Source: Candidatus Omnitrophota bacterium (GTDB taxonomy: Bacteria > Omnitrophota > Gorgyraeia > Gygaellales > Profunditerraquicolaceae). From it: a DNA stretch of 59,531 nt. The first letter of the stretch is position 1. Each line of letters starts with the position of its first letter. The translations under genes and the position numbers were made by a program. Below, piece after piece: positions 1-9,909 of the stretch. The notes under the pieces are model-generated. The model was not told where the DNA came from. It ran no database searches and saw nothing but the letters and a program-made list of their open reading frames with translations. The stretch is taken from positions 1-59,531 of the forward strand of contig JAPLLX010000005.1 in NCBI GenBank assembly GCA_026387335.1, written 5' to 3'.

Positions 1-381
1 CAGGCTGAATTTTCCCGGTCCCAGCAGAATCAGGGCCACACAAATAGAGGCAATAATAAAAACGTACTCAAACCCTCCATTGGACAAAAAGAACCCTTTA
101 GCGATATGCACTTTAATTGCCGCGACCACTATTAAAATCAACAGTAACAAAGCAGCGCCTCTGGTAAATAAACCCGTAACCACGCAAATCCCGCCGATAA
201 GCTCAGTATAAGCGGCAATATAGGCCCAGATAACGGAATTGCTAAAACCTAAACCTGAAAGCATCTCTGAAAAACCTTTAACTCCCGGACCGCCAAATAA
301 CCCGATTGTTTTCTGCAAACCGTGAGCCGCGAACATCACACCTAAGCCTACCCTCAATACTAAAATCGCCCAATCCACCAT
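1..381 (-). CDS. DoxX family membrane protein (C-terminus runs off the window edge)
   Basis: Absent from the ORF track because it is truncated. Reverse-strand ATG at 379-381 is preceded by AAGGAGG. My translation, MVDWAILVLRVGLGVMFAAHGLQK...YTELIGGICVVTGLFTRGAALLL, is typical of DoxX multi-TM proteins. Confidence 0.7.
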   Translation of the reverse strand, partial: MVDWAILVLRVGLGVMFAAHGLQKTIGLFGGPGVKGFSEMLSGLGFSNSVIWAYIAAYTELIGGICVVTGLFTRGAALLLLILIVVAAIKVHIAKGFFLSNGGFEYVFIIASICVALILLGPGKFSL

Positions 382-405
382 TTTACGCCTCCTTGCCTAC
401 CCATT

Positions 406-1533
406 TTAGCCGATTTTTATTAAGTCCTTTACAATACCCGATTTGTTTTTGAGCCCGTAAGAACGGTAAATGCACATAAAATAATGCAAGAGCAACGGTA
501 AAAATCCTTTCATATTAATTCCTAATATTATACCGCAGGCTCTATTATTCGCCATAGGTATAATATATCCGAAATCTAAAGGTTTAAATTTAGCCAGCCT
601 CTTTCCTTCTAGGCTTCTTATGATATTCTTGGCAGCGTAAGTTCCCTCCATTATAGCAAATTGCACCGCCATCCTTAAGAAGTTATTTTTGTCAGAGTAA
701 TAAGCGGTGTCGCCTGCCGCAAAACAAGAAGCATTAACGCGCAGATATTCATCGGTATTGATCCTGCCCTGGGGATTTTTCTCTACTTTTAAATCCCGGA
801 TAAAATCAGCAGTCCTTACGCCCGCGGCCCAGATCAACATTGAATTTTCAAAAACTTCTCCGCCAGATAACCGGATTCTATTTTCTTCGACTCTTTCAAT
901 ACTGGAATTAAGCAACACCTCTATATTTAATCTCTTAAGATTATCCGCGACATAATCCTTCATCCACTGCGGCAGAGGCCCTAAAATAGAAGGCGCGCGT
1001 TCAATAATCACAATCTTCTTATCTATTTTTCTTTTCTTTAAAAAAACTCTTAAATTCGTAGCTACCTCTATTCCTGTATAGCCTGCGCCCGCAATTAAAT
1101 AGGAAGCATAGCTTTTTTCCTCCAGGGCCCTACGTACAAGAAGAGCGTCCGAAGCGTCATCCAGCTTAAAAGCCCGCTCCCTTATTTCATTATTATTGTA
1201 AAAATTAGTCTCTGTGCCGCTAGAGATAAGCAAAAAATCGTAGCCTAAGGTTAAAGCTGAAGCCGTAACCTGCTTCTTCAGTAAATCCACCGCGCTAACC
1301 CTGTCTTGGATAAAATTAAAATCCATTTTGGCGCTTAAAACAGCCAAATCCAAAAGCAAATTTTCAGGGCTTACATTCCTGCCCAAGCAATCCGGGAGCA
1401 TAGGCAAAAAACTTACCCTTTGCTTATCGTTAATAAGCGTAACCTCCAGGTCCAACCTCTTCTGATGGCTACGTAGCCCGAAAAGCGCGGATACCCCGGC
1501 AAATCCTCCCCCGATAATCACAATTCTTTTCAT
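406..1533 (-). CDS. Type II NADH dehydrogenase-like FAD-dependent pyridine nucleotide-disulfide oxidoreductase
   Basis: Two Rossmann dinucleotide motifs (IVIIGGGFAGV near the N-terminus, IAGAGYTGIE mid-protein) and a C-terminal AAGD motif. The 375-aa length fits the NDH-2 family. Confidence 0.8.
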   Translation of the reverse strand: MKRIVIIGGGFAGVSALFGLRSHQKRLDLEVTLINDKQRVSFLPMLPDCLGRNVSPENLLLDLAVLSAKMDFNFIQDRVSAVDLLKKQVTASALTLGYDFLLISSGTETNFYNNNEIRERAFKLDDASDALLVRRALEEKSYASYLIAGAGYTGIEVATNLRVFLKKRKIDKKIVIIERAPSILGPLPQWMKDYVADNLKRLNIEVLLNSSIERVEENRIRLSGGEVFENSMLIWAAGVRTADFIRDLKVEKNPQGRINTDEYLRVNASCFAAGDTAYYSDKNNFLRMAVQFAIMEGTYAAKNIIRSLEGKRLAKFKPLDFGYIIPMANNRACGIILGINMKGFLPLLLHYFMCIYRSYGLKNKSGIVKDLIKIG

Positions 1534-2417
1534 AATAACCCCAGGATTAAGATAATACTTGCCAGCATCTGCATATTAATAGTCAATCTTGATGAACGTA
1601 TTAATTTAATTTTGTCAGAATAATCACTTCTTAAAATATTGCCGGCCTTTAGCGCTAAAATGATTAATAGGAAAGAAAGAGTGTAAATTCCGCTAAGATA
1701 CCGCAAAGATACACAAAAAAATATTGCTAAAAGCCCCAAAGCTACTAAAACGTAATAAAAGATAAACGCTCTCTTTACCCCGCATAAACTCACTAAGTTA
1801 TGTTTCCCGGAATTTTTGTCTCCCTGAAAGTCCGGAACCTCGTTGGCAAAAAGGATTGCGGCGGTAAAAAACCCAAAGGGTAAAGACATAAGAAAACTTT
1901 TTAAGTCAGGGAATATCCCTGTCTGGATAAAATATCCTCCCATTACCAATGCCGGACCAAAAAGCAGGAAGATAAAAAATTCCCCCAGGTAATTATACGA
2001 AAACTTTAAAGGGCCGGCTGTGTATTGCCAGCTTAAAACGATAATCAGAAGGTAGATTAAAAGAACAAAACCGCTTTTTAAGATAGCGCTAAGCAGTATA
2101 ACGCAAATGAAGGCCAGGCCGGCGCAGAATAACGCTACCCCTAGATAAAACTTTTCCGGCAGGAGATTATCCTGGATAAGCTTTGAGCCTCCGAAAAAAC
2201 CGTAAAAATTCCTATCCTGCCAATCAGCGCCGCTCTGGGAATCAAAATAATCATTAATAAGATTAGCGCTTAGATGCGTAAAGATTACCGCGAAAAAACC
2301 GCCAGCAAAACCCGCAAGATTAAAATTCTGCCTGGATATCAAAGAGCCAAAAATAAACGGCAGGATACTAGCAGTAATAAAAGGCAATCTTAACGCCCGG
2401 ATAATGTTTTTTAGCAT
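1530..2417 (-). CDS. UbiA-family prenyltransferase, MenA-like (1,4-dihydroxy-2-naphthoate polyprenyltransferase-like)
   Basis: Polytopic membrane protein with the Asp-rich NDYFDSQSGAD motif of the UbiA/MenA superfamily. Overlaps the downstream NDH-2 gene by 4 nt. Confidence 0.7.
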   Translation of the reverse strand: MLKNIIRALRLPFITASILPFIFGSLISRQNFNLAGFAGGFFAVIFTHLSANLINDYFDSQSGADWQDRNFYGFFGGSKLIQDNLLPEKFYLGVALFCAGLAFICVILLSAILKSGFVLLIYLLIIVLSWQYTAGPLKFSYNYLGEFFIFLLFGPALVMGGYFIQTGIFPDLKSFLMSLPFGFFTAAILFANEVPDFQGDKNSGKHNLVSLCGVKRAFIFYYVLVALGLLAIFFCVSLRYLSGIYTLSFLLIILALKAGNILRSDYSDKIKLIRSSRLTINMQMLASIILILGLL

Positions 2418-2459
2418 TTTTTGTTTGCTTTAGCCTAAACCATATGTTAACATAACTTT

Positions 2460-3500
2460 ATGTTTTTGAAAATAAAAAACCGGATCGAGCAGGAGTTATC
2501 CGCCTATATCCGCAGTATGGATAAAACCTACTCCTTAAGCAAACTATCCCCCCTCTTATTTAACAGCATAAAGGAATTTATATCGCGCGACGGTAAAAGA
2601 ATAAGACCTATTCTATTTTGTATAGGCTACCTGGGGTTTTCCGGAAAAGCTGCTCCGGGGCTCTACAGAAGCGCTCTGTCTTTAGAGCTCCTGCATGACT
2701 TTATGCTTGTCCATGACGATATAATTGACAGGTCTGATATGCGCCGGGGCAAGCCTTCAATGCACGCAAGGCTAAACAAATATTTTAAAAATACAACCGG
2801 GATTAAATTTAACGGCCAGGACCTGGCCATTGTCATTGGAGATGTAATGTACGCACTGGCCCTAGATGCCTTCCTGGCTGTAAAAGAAAAACCTGAACGC
2901 AAGGACCTGGCTCTAAAAAAACTGATCTCGGCGGCCCTCTACACCGGAAGCGGCGAATTTATAGAATTACTTTTGGGAGAGAAACCAATAGAAAAAATAA
3001 CCAAGAATGATATTTATAAGATATATGATTATAAAACCGCCAACTACACCTTTGCTTCTCCCCTGACTATGGGGGCGCTCCTGGCGGGGGCCAAGAAAGA
3101 CCAGATAAAGAAACTTTTTGATTATGGCATGTTCCTGGGTAGAGCCTTCCAGATCAAAGACGATATTATCGGGACATTCGGCGATAAATCCGAAATAGGA
3201 AAATCCAATCTTACGGATATTGGCGGCGCAAAGAGAACGCTTCTTATCTGGTATGCCTATAATCACTGCGCCAACATTGAGAGGTTGGCGATAAAAAAGG
3301 TTTTTTCCGCTAAAATGGTGGCGAAAAAAGAATTACTTAGGATCCGCCGGATATTATCTGATTCCGGCAGTTTAAATTATGCCAGGAAAGAGATAAAAAC
3401 GCTGCTTAACCAGGCCAATCGGGCTATAAAATCATTAAAGATGGTTAGGAAGAGCCGCGCGGCCCTGATTAACTTTTCGCAAGAAATACTTACCGTCTAA
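2460..3500 (+). CDS. Polyprenyl diphosphate synthase (trans-isoprenyl diphosphate synthase family)
   Basis: First Asp-rich motif LVHDDIIDRSDMRRG and second Asp-rich motif FQIKDDIIG. Product chain length cannot be inferred from the sequence. Confidence 0.85.
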   Translation: MFLKIKNRIEQELSAYIRSMDKTYSLSKLSPLLFNSIKEFISRDGKRIRPILFCIGYLGFSGKAAPGLYRSALSLELLHDFMLVHDDIIDRSDMRRGKPSMHARLNKYFKNTTGIKFNGQDLAIVIGDVMYALALDAFLAVKEKPERKDLALKKLISAALYTGSGEFIELLLGEKPIEKITKNDIYKIYDYKTANYTFASPLTMGALLAGAKKDQIKKLFDYGMFLGRAFQIKDDIIGTFGDKSEIGKSNLTDIGGAKRTLLIWYAYNHCANIERLAIKKVFSAKMVAKKELLRIRRILSDSGSLNYARKEIKTLLNQANRAIKSLKMVRKSRAALINFSQEILTV

Positions 3501-4342
3501 TGTCTATGCGCATAAATGTAGCTAAATCAGCGGGGTTTTGTCTCGGGGTGAAACGGGCGCTGGATATTGCCTTTAAAACCGCCGCCAGCGGTAAAAAAGT
3601 TTATATGCTCGGAGATATCGTGCACAACGAAAATGTGGTCCGGGAGATAGAGAAATCCGGGATTAAAAAAATCAGCAAACTAAAAAATACAAAATCCGGC
3701 ATTCTCCTGATCCGGGCCCATGGCGCTTCCTACGGCACATTTATCCAGGCAGCCAAATTAGGATTTACTATCATCGATGCCACCTGCCCTATGGTTAAAG
3801 AAATACATAGTATAGTCAAAGACATGCAAAACAAAGGCTATAAGATTATAGTTATAGGCGATAAAAACCACGAGGAAGTTCTGGGCATATCCGGGCAGCT
3901 GAGAGAAAAGGCTTTAGTTATAGACGGCTTAAACGGTATCCCTTTAGCAAAAATAAAGAAAATCCAGAAAGCCTGTGTTGTCCCGCAATCAACTCAAAAC
4001 GTAAAAAAGGTATTGGAGATTGTGGATGTGCTTAAAGCGCATATACCGGAATTAAAGTTTTTTAACACGATTTGTAAACCGACAAGGGCCAAGCAGGAAG
4101 AAATAATGCATATGCCTTTAGAGAATGACGTAATAATAGTTATCGGCTCTAAAAACAGCGCTAATACTAAAAGGCTTTATGAAATATCCCGCTCATTGAA
4201 CAAAAAAACCTGGTGGGTAAATTCAAAAGATGAAATAAAGCCCGGCTGGTTTAAAGACGTCAAGCGCCTGGGAATAACCGCAGGGGCATCCACTCCCGAA
4301 TACACCATTAACAATATAGTCAGGTATATTAAGAGCCTTTAA
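3500..4342 (+). CDS. ispH: 4-hydroxy-3-methylbut-2-enyl diphosphate reductase
   Basis: Three conserved Cys contexts of IspH/LytB (AGFCLGVKRA, ATCPMVKE, NTICKPT) and a C-terminal GITAGASTPE. The start overlaps the upstream stop codon. Confidence 0.9.
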   Translation: MSMRINVAKSAGFCLGVKRALDIAFKTAASGKKVYMLGDIVHNENVVREIEKSGIKKISKLKNTKSGILLIRAHGASYGTFIQAAKLGFTIIDATCPMVKEIHSIVKDMQNKGYKIIVIGDKNHEEVLGISGQLREKALVIDGLNGIPLAKIKKIQKACVVPQSTQNVKKVLEIVDVLKAHIPELKFFNTICKPTRAKQEEIMHMPLENDVIIVIGSKNSANTKRLYEISRSLNKKTWWVNSKDEIKPGWFKDVKRLGITAGASTPEYTINNIVRYIKSL

Positions 4343-4703
4343 TAATCTTCTCTGCTTCCCGCCAATCATCTGTTGAACTATTAGAAGGCTTGCCTTTTCT
4401 TTCCCAAATCTTCTTAGCCAATTCTTTTATCTTTGCCTCTGAGGCGATCCTGTTTTCTTCAGCCAGACGATTATACAACCAGGCTACGGCAAAACCCAAA
4501 ACCGAAGCATAAACAAAACCCCAGACCGCTCCGATTATACTGCCCATAATTGTAGGCGTATAACCGACATAAATCGTGGTCATCATCTTACCCCAGGAAC
4601 TTCCCCAGAAATACATCATATCCAGCAAGCCCAATAAGAAAGTGATGCCTCCCCAGACAAGGCCTAAGGCCATACCAAATGCCTTTATATCCAATCTAGC
4701 CAT
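4329..4703 (-). CDS. Small membrane protein with a C-terminal DUF2934-like tail
   Basis: Three predicted TM helices followed by a charged tail, KGKPSNSSTDDWREAEKII, that resembles DUF2934. AGGAGGAGG lies upstream of the ATG. Confidence 0.5.
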   Translation of the reverse strand: MARLDIKAFGMALGLVWGGITFLLGLLDMMYFWGSSWGKMMTTIYVGYTPTIMGSIIGAVWGFVYASVLGFAVAWLYNRLAEENRIASEAKIKELAKKIWERKGKPSNSSTDDWREAEKIIKGS

Positions 4704-4791
4704 ATCCCCCTCCTCCTTTTTCTTACGTCTTATATTTTATCACCCGAAATAAGGAAGTCAACTACTCTAAAAAAACAATGCAGCCGGACTT

Positions 4792-5739
4792 TTATTTTAG
4801 CTTTTCCGCAACCTCATAAAGTATCCCGCCGGCTATCTCGGGCTTAGGAAGAAAGTATTTTCTCGCGGATATAACTACCTGGATATTATTATCCGGCTTC
4901 TGAATAACCTTGAAGGTAATATCTGCTGAATCTACGGATGCGCTAATGTTACCGGCGGGTTTATCTTCCTTAATAACCTGGCCTTTTTGTTTCAAGAGAG
5001 CCAACCCTGCTTCATACGCCCTGTCAAAAGATACCGAGAAATCCTGCTCGGCGCTATCATTCCCGGCGAAAGTAAAAGCCAAACCCACGGGTAAAAAAGC
5101 GGTTCCGCTTAACATAGCTACGCTATATATTTTCGCTCCCTTTATCCCGGCTGCCTTCATAGGTTCCGCCAGTATAAACGCTCCCAACACCTGAGCGCTG
5201 GTTATGTTCTTGTAACTCCTATGTATATTTATCTCATACACTTTAACAACCGGTTCTTTCCCCGGACCATAATCCCGGGAAACAATCTTACCCATATCCA
5301 GCTTAAGCAGGTCAATCTGAAAAGGCATTTGCTTAGGAGGCTGGCCCTCCTGCTTCTTCTCTTGCTTCACTACCTTAAATGAATCTACGTTAAGCTTGCC
5401 ATCCTTGTTCTTTTCTAATCCCAGCTCTTTTAATTCGATTTCAATACTGGGAAAATGTAATTCTTTCTTAAGTAAAGCTTTAAGGTCATAAACAACGCCT
5501 ATCTTTGGTAAATCTACCAGGATGCCTCTGGAAAAACCCTTAGGGTTATACACTTTAAAACCGGTTATCTTAACGGATTGATTAAAAACCCCTAAAGAAA
5601 AACCATCCATATGGACCGGGGCTCCCGTAACCTGGCTTATTGTAATAGTCAACGCGGTTTTAATAATCTGGTCCCTGAGAACACCCAAAGCCAAAATGAC
5701 GATTATAATTATCGCTATCCAAATTAAAATCTTTTTCAT
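4792..5739 (-). CDS. Membrane-anchored protein, AsmA/DUF748-like N-terminal region
   Basis: N-terminal TM anchor followed by a pattern (ITGFKVYNPKGF...LPKIGVVYDLKALLKKELHFPSIEIE...KNKDGKLNV) that resembles AsmA-like proteins. The assignment is tentative. Confidence 0.45.
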   Translation of the reverse strand: MKKILIWIAIIIIVILALGVLRDQIIKTALTITISQVTGAPVHMDGFSLGVFNQSVKITGFKVYNPKGFSRGILVDLPKIGVVYDLKALLKKELHFPSIEIELKELGLEKNKDGKLNVDSFKVVKQEKKQEGQPPKQMPFQIDLLKLDMGKIVSRDYGPGKEPVVKVYEINIHRSYKNITSAQVLGAFILAEPMKAAGIKGAKIYSVAMLSGTAFLPVGLAFTFAGNDSAEQDFSVSFDRAYEAGLALLKQKGQVIKEDKPAGNISASVDSADITFKVIQKPDNNIQVVISARKYFLPKPEIAGGILYEVAEKLK

Positions 5740-5773
5740 GGCTCTTCCTCCTAGCTTGTATTATACTATAAAT

Positions 5774-7237
5774 ATGCAGAAAAAAATACAAATAGGCTTG
5801 TTAATATTCTGCCTGATCAGCCTGATATATTTTCTTTCGGCAAAAGGGAATATTGAAATATCCGATACTTATTTCTCCATCCAAACCGCAAAAGCAATTG
5901 TTTCAGACCATTCCCTGTCAGCGCAAGGTTGTCGCGGGGGATACTGTTATAAATCAAAACTGGACGGAAAATATTATTCTAAATTCGGCTTAGGGCTGGC
6001 CTTCATCTTTACCCCTTATGTCCTGCTAGCCAAAACTATTGCCGCTTTTACCGGCCTGCCGGAAGATCAACTCATTGATTTTCTCATATCTTTTTACAAT
6101 ATATTTTTCGGCGCCGGCGCCTGCGTAATAATGTTCTGCCTGATCCGGCTTTTCGGGAATTCTAACCGGACATCCCTGGTAATGGCCCTATTATTGGGGC
6201 TGGGAACTTTCTGCTGGCGTTACAGCGCCTGGGATTTCTCCGAAACAGCGCAAATGTTTTTTCTCCTCCTGGCTATTTATCTTCTGCTTAAAAATAACCT
6301 TAAGGATGCGGGTTTAGGGGCATTCTCTTTTTCCTGCCTGCTTTTATTAAAAGCCCAATACATGATCTACCTGCCTCTTTTTCTTTTATATATCTTGATG
6401 CAAAACAGGCGCGATACAAAATTACTTCTTAAGCGCGCGGGTATATTTATTTTTATCAGCCTTTTGGGCTTTGGCTTTATTCTTTTCCTGAATTATATAA
6501 GATTCGGTGAATTTTTGGAATTCGGATACGGTAAGGAAACAGGTCATTTTTATTTTTCGGGGATCAAAGAACACGCGGTGAGGCTGCTCTACTGGCTGGA
6601 TAAGGGAGTATTCATTTATAATCCCTTATTTATTCTGGGGATCCTGGGTTATTTTAAATTTTTTAAAGCCTTCCGGAAAGAAGCGCTCTTCTTCCTCTCT
6701 ATTATCAGCCTTAATTTCATTTTAACTTGCATGTGGCATGGTTGGCACGGAGCAAGCTCCTGGGGGCCTAGATACTTAGTGCCGGTAGCTGCGCTTTGGC
6801 TTATACCCTGCTACGTTTTCTTTTACAAAAAGGGCGCGGTTAAAGTAATATTAATAGCGCTTATTTTCTTATCCGTTTCTATTCAGGGCTTAAGTATCCT
6901 GCAGGGGAATCTTGAGTATCTTACGATTTGTAACGCTAACGAACAGGAAGGAATGCGTAAAGGTATGCCGGCCCAGATTGTCGGGTCGCTTATAGTATTA
7001 AAACATAAATTGGTTAAAAAAGATAGCTTATACAGCCTTTCTGAATTCGGGATAAATTCAGACTCAAAAGTAGATACTTCTGTCTTTCCTTGTTATAAGG
7101 GGTTTGATCTGTGGTATCTAAACGCAGGCCGGCTTCTTAATAAACCGGTACTAAAATTTACGCCTATATTATTTGCGCCTTTAATAATCATCTGTTTTAT
7201 TCGTCTATTAAAAATTACCCGGACGCCGACTACTTAG
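5774..7237 (+). CDS. Polytopic membrane protein, GT-C (ArnT/PMT-like) glycosyltransferase-like
   Basis: More than 10 predicted TM helices. I moved the start to the ATG at 5774 (MQKKIQIGLL), because the track start at 5696 lies antisense inside the neighbouring gene. Confidence 0.5.
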   Translation: MQKKIQIGLLIFCLISLIYFLSAKGNIEISDTYFSIQTAKAIVSDHSLSAQGCRGGYCYKSKLDGKYYSKFGLGLAFIFTPYVLLAKTIAAFTGLPEDQLIDFLISFYNIFFGAGACVIMFCLIRLFGNSNRTSLVMALLLGLGTFCWRYSAWDFSETAQMFFLLLAIYLLLKNNLKDAGLGAFSFSCLLLLKAQYMIYLPLFLLYILMQNRRDTKLLLKRAGIFIFISLLGFGFILFLNYIRFGEFLEFGYGKETGHFYFSGIKEHAVRLLYWLDKGVFIYNPLFILGILGYFKFFKAFRKEALFFLSIISLNFILTCMWHGWHGASSWGPRYLVPVAALWLIPCYVFFYKKGAVKVILIALIFLSVSIQGLSILQGNLEYLTICNANEQEGMRKGMPAQIVGSLIVLKHKLVKKDSLYSLSEFGINSDSKVDTSVFPCYKGFDLWYLNAGRLLNKPVLKFTPILFAPLIIICFIRLLKITRTPTT

Positions 7238-7886
7238 CCCCGGAATCTATCAGCAGCTGGACTGTATCTATATGGCCCTTGGACTTACTTGCTGACAAAG
7301 CTGAACAGCCATAGGTATCTGTTACATTCACATCCGCGCCCTTATCTATCAGAAATTTAACAGTCTCGGTATGCCCAAATTCCGCTGCTCTCCATAAAGG
7401 CGTCACCTTATGTATATCTTTATAATTTATATCCGCGCCCTTATCTACCAGGATTTTTACGATTTCAGTGTAACCGAAAGCCGCTGCCCGCATTAGAGGC
7501 GTCCAGCTTTGCGCATCTTTTACATTCATATCCGCGCCCTTATCTACCAGGATCTTTACGATTTCAGTATAACCCTTATTCACAGCCTGCAATAAGGGCG
7601 TTGATTTATGTGAATCCGCTATATTCACATTCGCGCCATTATCTACCAGGATTTTTACGATTTCAGGGTCGCCCTTAAATACCGCCCGAAATAAAGGAGA
7701 CCAGCTATCCAGGCCCTCAACAACATTAACATCCGCGCCTTTAGATACTAATTCATTTACTTTTTGAATATCATTACTTGTAATCGCGTGGTTTAGCTCA
7801 CTATTAACGCTTGCCGGACAGAACACGGGAGTCAATATTACATTCAAAGTTAAAGCTAAAATCATCAATATTAATCTACGCATCAT
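7230..7886 (-). CDS. Secreted ankyrin-repeat protein
   Basis: Signal-peptide-like N-terminus, then about five 33-aa ANK repeats (TPLxxAxxxGxTEIVKILVDKGADxN). Confidence 0.85.
   Translation of the reverse strand: MMRRLILMILALTLNVILTPVFCPASVNSELNHAITSNDIQKVNELVSKGADVNVVEGLDSWSPLFRAVFKGDPEIVKILVDNGANVNIADSHKSTPLLQAVNKGYTEIVKILVDKGADMNVKDAQSWTPLMRAAAFGYTEIVKILVDKGADINYKDIHKVTPLWRAAEFGHTETVKFLIDKGADVNVTDTYGCSALSASKSKGHIDTVQLLIDSGAK
7332..7727 (-). repeat. Tandem 99-bp DNA repeats encoding the ANK units
   Basis: The motif atccgcgccc ttatcta recurs at 7332, 7431 and 7530, with a diverged copy at 7629, an exact 99-nt period. Copies at 7431 and 7530 are nearly identical over about 45 nt. Confidence 0.8.
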
Positions 7887-7894
7887 TAATCCCC

Positions 7895-8911
7895 TTAAAG
7901 CAGGTCCATAGCTCTATTCTCGTGCTCATAAGTAATTCTGGATATATCCTTAATGATATCCTTTAAGGAATTAAAATCCCGGCCTTCGGTCATTATACAA
8001 ATCAGATACGGAGACTTAGGATGGTAAACTATGCCGCAGTCATGCAGCTGCACCGCTTCCAACGAATAATTCTTGCTCTCGTACCTTCTCTCCCCGAATT
8101 TGTGAGCAACGGGTATATTCTCCGGGACTCCCGCGACAATCCCGTCGCCAAAATCTGTCTCGGTAAGTAACTTCATAGCTTTTTGGGAGTAATCCGGATT
8201 TAAATAAGTAGCGTTATAAAGAACACGGAAAAACGTAGCAAAAATTCTAGCCGAGACAGGATATTCTTTCAATTGTTCGGGATCCGGGGCAGAAATTTGC
8301 AGAGCCAAATACATATTAGAGATAAATTTCGCATCTATATTATCCGAAAGAAGGGTAGTGGAAACATTATCGGAATAAGCGATCATATAACGTAATAACT
8401 CATCTATTGTGTATGTTTTACCTAACTGCGCGCCATTTTCCGGGACTATATTCTGGGGAATTCCGTTAATTTCTATCTCGTATTTTATCTCTCTATTCAG
8501 AACCGAAGGGTCTTGCTCTGCCAATTTTAAATACCCGATCAAAAGCGGGACCTTCAGGAGGCTGGCGGCGGTAAAATTCCTGTCTGCATCAATCCCGATC
8601 CAAGTACCCTTGTTTAAATCCCTAAGATATACCGAAATGTTCGCTGCGTAACCTTTATTTTTACATTTGTTGACGTAGTCTATGATGCTATATTTTATCG
8701 ACTCAAGCTTAGTATCTCCCCCCTCAGCATTATCAACTGAAATTAAGGGATTAACTAGATGAGTATTATCTGGAAATAAACGCTTTAAATTATAATAGGT
8801 AGGTTGATTTTCTTTATGGAGGCTTAACTTGTTAAAGAATAGGCCAACGGCTATTCCAACCAATAGGGATATGGTTATAAGCGTAATCCTGTTTTTTAGA
8901 ATACGCGTCAA
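7895..8911 (-). CDS. Class A beta-lactamase-like serine hydrolase, membrane-anchored
   Basis: N-terminal TM helix. SxxK (AASLLK), SDN (YSDNVS) and a KxG-like (HKFGE) motif occur in the expected order. Confidence 0.6.
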   Translation of the reverse strand: MTRILKNRITLITISLLVGIAVGLFFNKLSLHKENQPTYYNLKRLFPDNTHLVNPLISVDNAEGGDTKLESIKYSIIDYVNKCKNKGYAANISVYLRDLNKGTWIGIDADRNFTAASLLKVPLLIGYLKLAEQDPSVLNREIKYEIEINGIPQNIVPENGAQLGKTYTIDELLRYMIAYSDNVSTTLLSDNIDAKFISNMYLALQISAPDPEQLKEYPVSARIFATFFRVLYNATYLNPDYSQKAMKLLTETDFGDGIVAGVPENIPVAHKFGERRYESKNYSLEAVQLHDCGIVYHPKSPYLICIMTEGRDFNSLKDIIKDISRITYEHENRAMDLL

Positions 8912-9051
8912 TATTATTCTAAAATGCGCATAACGGGAAGCCGGAAGCTTAATCGCTCACCCTCTTTCTGGCTAAACTACGCTCATTATAATTATTTTAC
9001 CTCAAAATAGACCCCTGGCAAGATAATTTCCGGCCAATATTCGTAACTGGC

Positions 9052-9387
9052 TTATGACGGAGGAGGTGGAGAAATCTTTTCATCTTCTGCTTCCTGCTTC
9101 TTCCTGTCACTTATCTTTTGTCTTAATTCCTTTTCTCTAGAGTCTCTCTCTTCTCTAACCTTACCGGCATTCGCTTCCTGTTCTGCCCGCAGCCCTCTTT
9201 CTTCTTGATTCTTAGATGCCCTTTCTTCTGTTCTGAACCTTTCTCTTTCTTCTAATCTGAGATTTTCTCTCTGCCGCTTTTCTTCTGATAGGCAGTTGAT
9301 ACGGTTTTTCTCGGCTATTTTCCGGTTATACCATATAATAAACCCTATAATTATTATTACGGTTATTATGATAAATGTTAAAGACAT
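9052..9387 (-). CDS. Single-pass membrane protein with a highly charged Glu/Arg/Lys-rich tail
   Basis: Start moved to the ATG at 9385-9387 (MSLTFIIITV...), which follows AAGGAGGTA. The longer track ORF overlaps the upstream EamA gene. Confidence 0.5.
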   Translation of the reverse strand: MSLTFIIITVIIIIGFIIWYNRKIAEKNRINCLSEEKRQRENLRLEERERFRTEERASKNQEERGLRAEQEANAGKVREERDSREKELRQKISDRKKQEAEDEKISPPPPS

Positions 9388-9413
9388 AAATACCTCCTTA
9401 TCTAAACTACCCG

Positions 9414-9836
9414 TTATTTGAAAACGAGAACTAACGCCCCCGCAAGAATTAGAAAAGTTCCTATCCATTGAAATATATTTAACCGTTCGCCCAGGAATAG
9501 AATTGCTAAAATTACGGCAAAAAATAAGCTTAATTTATCGATTGGAGAAACGAGGGAAGCAGGCCCGGTCTTTAGGGCACGATAATAACAAAGCCACGAA
9601 AGCCCTGTTGCAATACCGGAAAGAACAAGAAATATCAAGCTCTTCCGGTTAAGTAAAAATGGATTTTCCCACTCCCTGCGGACACCTACTAATATGCCCA
9701 AAAACACAATAATTACGATAGTCCTAATAAGCGTTGCCAGGTTAGATGATATATTTTTAACGCCTACCTTGGCTAATACTGCGGTTAATCCGGCAAAAAA
9801 CGCTGACCCTATGGCGAACAATTTCCAATCCAACAT
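9414..9836 (-). CDS. EamA-family (DMT superfamily) small transporter
   Basis: 140 aa with about 4-5 TM helices, ending in a single EamA-domain pattern (FLGERLNIFQWIGTFLILAGALVLV). Confidence 0.75.
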   Translation of the reverse strand: MLDWKLFAIGSAFFAGLTAVLAKVGVKNISSNLATLIRTIVIIVFLGILVGVRREWENPFLLNRKSLIFLVLSGIATGLSWLCYYRALKTGPASLVSPIDKLSLFFAVILAILFLGERLNIFQWIGTFLILAGALVLVFK

Positions 9837-9876
9837 ATTCTCTATCCTCTCGGCTTATATTTTATACCAAATAAAA

Positions 9877-9909
9877 ACCCTCTGCAATATATTCTATCAC
9901 AGAGGGTTA
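9877..9909 (-). terminator. Rho-independent-type terminator hairpin (minus strand)
   Basis: A 9-bp stem AACCCTCTG/CAGAGGGTT. On the minus strand it is followed by TTTTATTTGG. It lies downstream of the minus-strand island genes. Confidence 0.4.

Noticed and set aside
5696-5773. N-terminal 26 codons of the track ORF 5696-7237
   Set aside because: This part overlaps the start of the divergent gene 4792-5739 in antisense. The ATG at 5774 begins a normal positively charged N-terminus followed by a TM helix.
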